A DNA stretch of 64,000 bases. Source: a virus. Below, in pieces: positions 62,442 to 64,000 of this stretch; within the stretch, counting starts at the first letter, position 1; the number at the start of each line of letters is the position of its first letter. Made by a program: the position numbers and the translations under genes. The notes beneath the pieces were generated by a model. The model saw nothing but the letters and a program-made list of their open reading frames with translations, had not been told where the DNA came from and searched no databases. The stretch lies in IMG/VR virus record IMGVR_UViG_3300023180_000018; one strand, given 5' to 3'.

Positions 62442-63452
62442 CTAGGTTCCTGTGTTAATTGTAAACATTGCCTTTTTAATTGAACGATCTTTAATATTTA
62501 GGCTTAATGACTTCAAAAATGCAGTCCACTCTACAGATCGCTGTTTCCAACTATAAAATACATTTGCGTATGTTTGCATTGGTTGCAATCTAGATTGAAC
62601 GCTATCGTTAGTATAATTATCTATAACACTTTTAAGAATTTGATAGAATAAATTTGCGTGTTCATTAGCATCTTCTTGTAATTGATACATATGTGTCCAA
62701 TTTGCTGATGTTTCTGGTAATGCAGCATAATTTGAATGAACACATGCTAATCCAGCACTCATTGCTTCCATTAAACACATACAAGATGTTTCAGCCCATA
62801 CTGATGGATAAGCAAAGATATGAGATTTTTGTAATTGTTCTCTAACTACTGATTGAGGTTGCGTACCGTGATATATCATCTGGGGATGCGCTTCAATTTT
62901 ATCAAATAATTCTTTGTATTGTTCATCTCTTTTTTCCCATCCATATAATTTGAATGAAGAAAAAACATGTAGTTTTAGATTCTTATGTTCTTCTGCTAAT
63001 TTTTCAAAAACTGGTACTAAGACATTTAATCCACGATGCGGGGTAGGCGTATAAATTATATTTAATTCTTCTTTTGGATCTGGTTTTTCTATTGGTGCAA
63101 TAGGATCAATAGCGTTTTGAATAACTTGACACTTTGACCAAGGCAATCCATAATGTTGCATATAGGCTTGCATTTGCCAATTTGAAACAAAAATAAATCT
63201 ATGAAATTTATTATGATTTTCTTTTTTCTTTAAAAAATCAGATTCAGGATCTCCCGGCAAATCATGGGCCCAAAATAATCTAACCTTTGTTTCATCCAAA
63301 TCATCTCTCATTCTAGATACAACAATTTGGACATCTTCTAGTATTTTTTTATCAACATTATTTACTAACGCTTGCGATAATAATTCAGTACCACCCATTG
63401 AATTTTCATTTGTTTCATTACGAATGAATTCACCATTATAAATTTGGGACAT
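62442..63452 (-). CDS. Glycosyltransferase (GT4 / group 1)
   Basis: MGGTE, WAHD, FVSNWQ, YTPTPHRGL, YPS.WAETSC..LMEAMSAG. Confidence 0.92.
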   Translation of the reverse strand: MSQIYNGEFIRNETNENSMGGTELLSQALVNNVDKKILEDVQIVVSRMRDDLDETKVRLFWAHDLPGDPESDFLKKKENHNKFHRFIFVSNWQMQAYMQHYGLPWSKCQVIQNAIDPIAPIEKPDPKEELNIIYTPTPHRGLNVLVPVFEKLAEEHKNLKLHVFSSFKLYGWEKRDEQYKELFDKIEAHPQMIYHGTQPQSVVREQLQKSHIFAYPSVWAETSCMCLMEAMSAGLACVHSNYAALPETSANWTHMYQLQEDANEHANLFYQILKSVIDNYTNDSVQSRLQPMQTYANVFYSWKQRSVEWTAFLKSLSLNIKDRSIKKAMFTINTGT

Positions 63453-63682
63453 TATAACATTTCCTTAGCTTTAATTAAATTTTCTGTTCTTACAGAAGCA
63501 ACTTCACCCTGTAGTCCAGCTTTACTTATATGGCCAGCTGGAAAAGGGATAAGAACTTTAGAATGCTTATTCCCTTTTGATAACATATATACTCGCCGTT
63601 TTCCTTTCTTTAAATACCACACATCTTTATCGACAAATGCAGAATTTACTTTTTGGATATCTTCATTATAATCTGTTTTCAT
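63452..63682 (-). CDS. Hypothetical protein
   Basis: Coupled 76-aa ORF. Confidence 0.6.
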   Translation of the reverse strand: MKTDYNEDIQKVNSAFVDKDVWYLKKGKRRVYMLSKGNKHSKVLIPFPAGHISKAGLQGEVASVRTENLIKAKEML

Positions 63683-63893
63683 TAAAATATTCCTTCAATT
63701 TATCAAACCCACCTATTTCTTTGCCATCAATTAGAATGTGTGGGGCCATCCTAACATGCGGAAATTTTTTAATAAATCCTTCTCTATCTTTATCAATAGA
63801 TTTTTCATTAAATACCATACCCTTCATTCTCATTAATCTTTTCGCGGCTTCACAGTGTATACAATGGTTTTTGGTGTAAATTGTTGCGTGCAT
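63666..63893 (-). CDS. Glutaredoxin (NrdC/NrdH-like)
   Basis: IYTK..CIHC..AK, P.I.IDG..IGGF. Confidence 0.93.
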   Translation of the reverse strand: MHATIYTKNHCIHCEAAKRLMRMKGMVFNEKSIDKDREGFIKKFPHVRMAPHILIDGKEIGGFDKLKEYFNENRL

Positions 63894-64000
63894 TTATATC
63901 TCCTTTAAATTTTTTCCGTTAATTTTTCCACCAATAAATTCATTGTAATAACCCTCATCTAATAATACGTTTCTTTTTATTTGTTCTTCCATTTCGTAAT
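63894..64000 (-). CDS. C-terminus of a conserved T4-like protein (truncated at window edge)
   Basis: ...YEMEEQIKRNVLLDEGYYNEFIGGKINGKNLKEI*. Confidence 0.6.
   Translation of the reverse strand, partial: YEMEEQIKRNVLLDEGYYNEFIGGKINGKNLKEI

Noticed and set aside
1-64000. tRNA/rRNA genes, integrase/transposase, alternative genetic code
   Set aside because: No cloverleaf or mobile-element signature recognised by eye; genes end normally at TAA, TAG and TGA with high coding density

Overview
AT-rich 64-kb segment of a large T4-like (Tevenvirinae/Kyanoviridae-grade, probably aquatic) myophage genome. From right to left: a replication/auxiliary block (glutaredoxin, glycosyltransferase, rnh, phoH, exonuclease, 2OG-Fe(II) oxygenase); a cluster of small early genes driven by four repeated promoters; gp33/gp59/gp32; a + strand tail block (gp4, gp2, gp54-like, gp26, gp51-like, tape-measure-like); and a long - strand late operon (gp48, 53, 27-like hub, 5, 25, 6, 7, 8, split VrlC-like protein, about 20 kb of fibre/adhesin genes, gp13, 14, 15, 16, 17, start of gp18). 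The main discovery is the 933-aa Thr-rich protein at 7431-10232. Its two 376-residue arms each contain 22 repeat units whose lengths mirror each other exactly and whose residue types are complementary across the mirror. This implies a self-pairing protein 'stem-loop' (a giant antiparallel beta-hairpin) displaying a GC-shifted tip domain. It is encoded in a cassette with an S74 adaptor and glycosyltransferase-like genes at the fibritin position. Other highlights are a probable -1 frameshift fusing gp26 to a gp51-like ORF, an annexin-like repeat in the tape-measure protein, a consensus antisense sigma70 promoter between gp13 and gp14, and IHF-like boxes on the early promoters. All family assignments come from motif recognition and synteny; no database searches were run.
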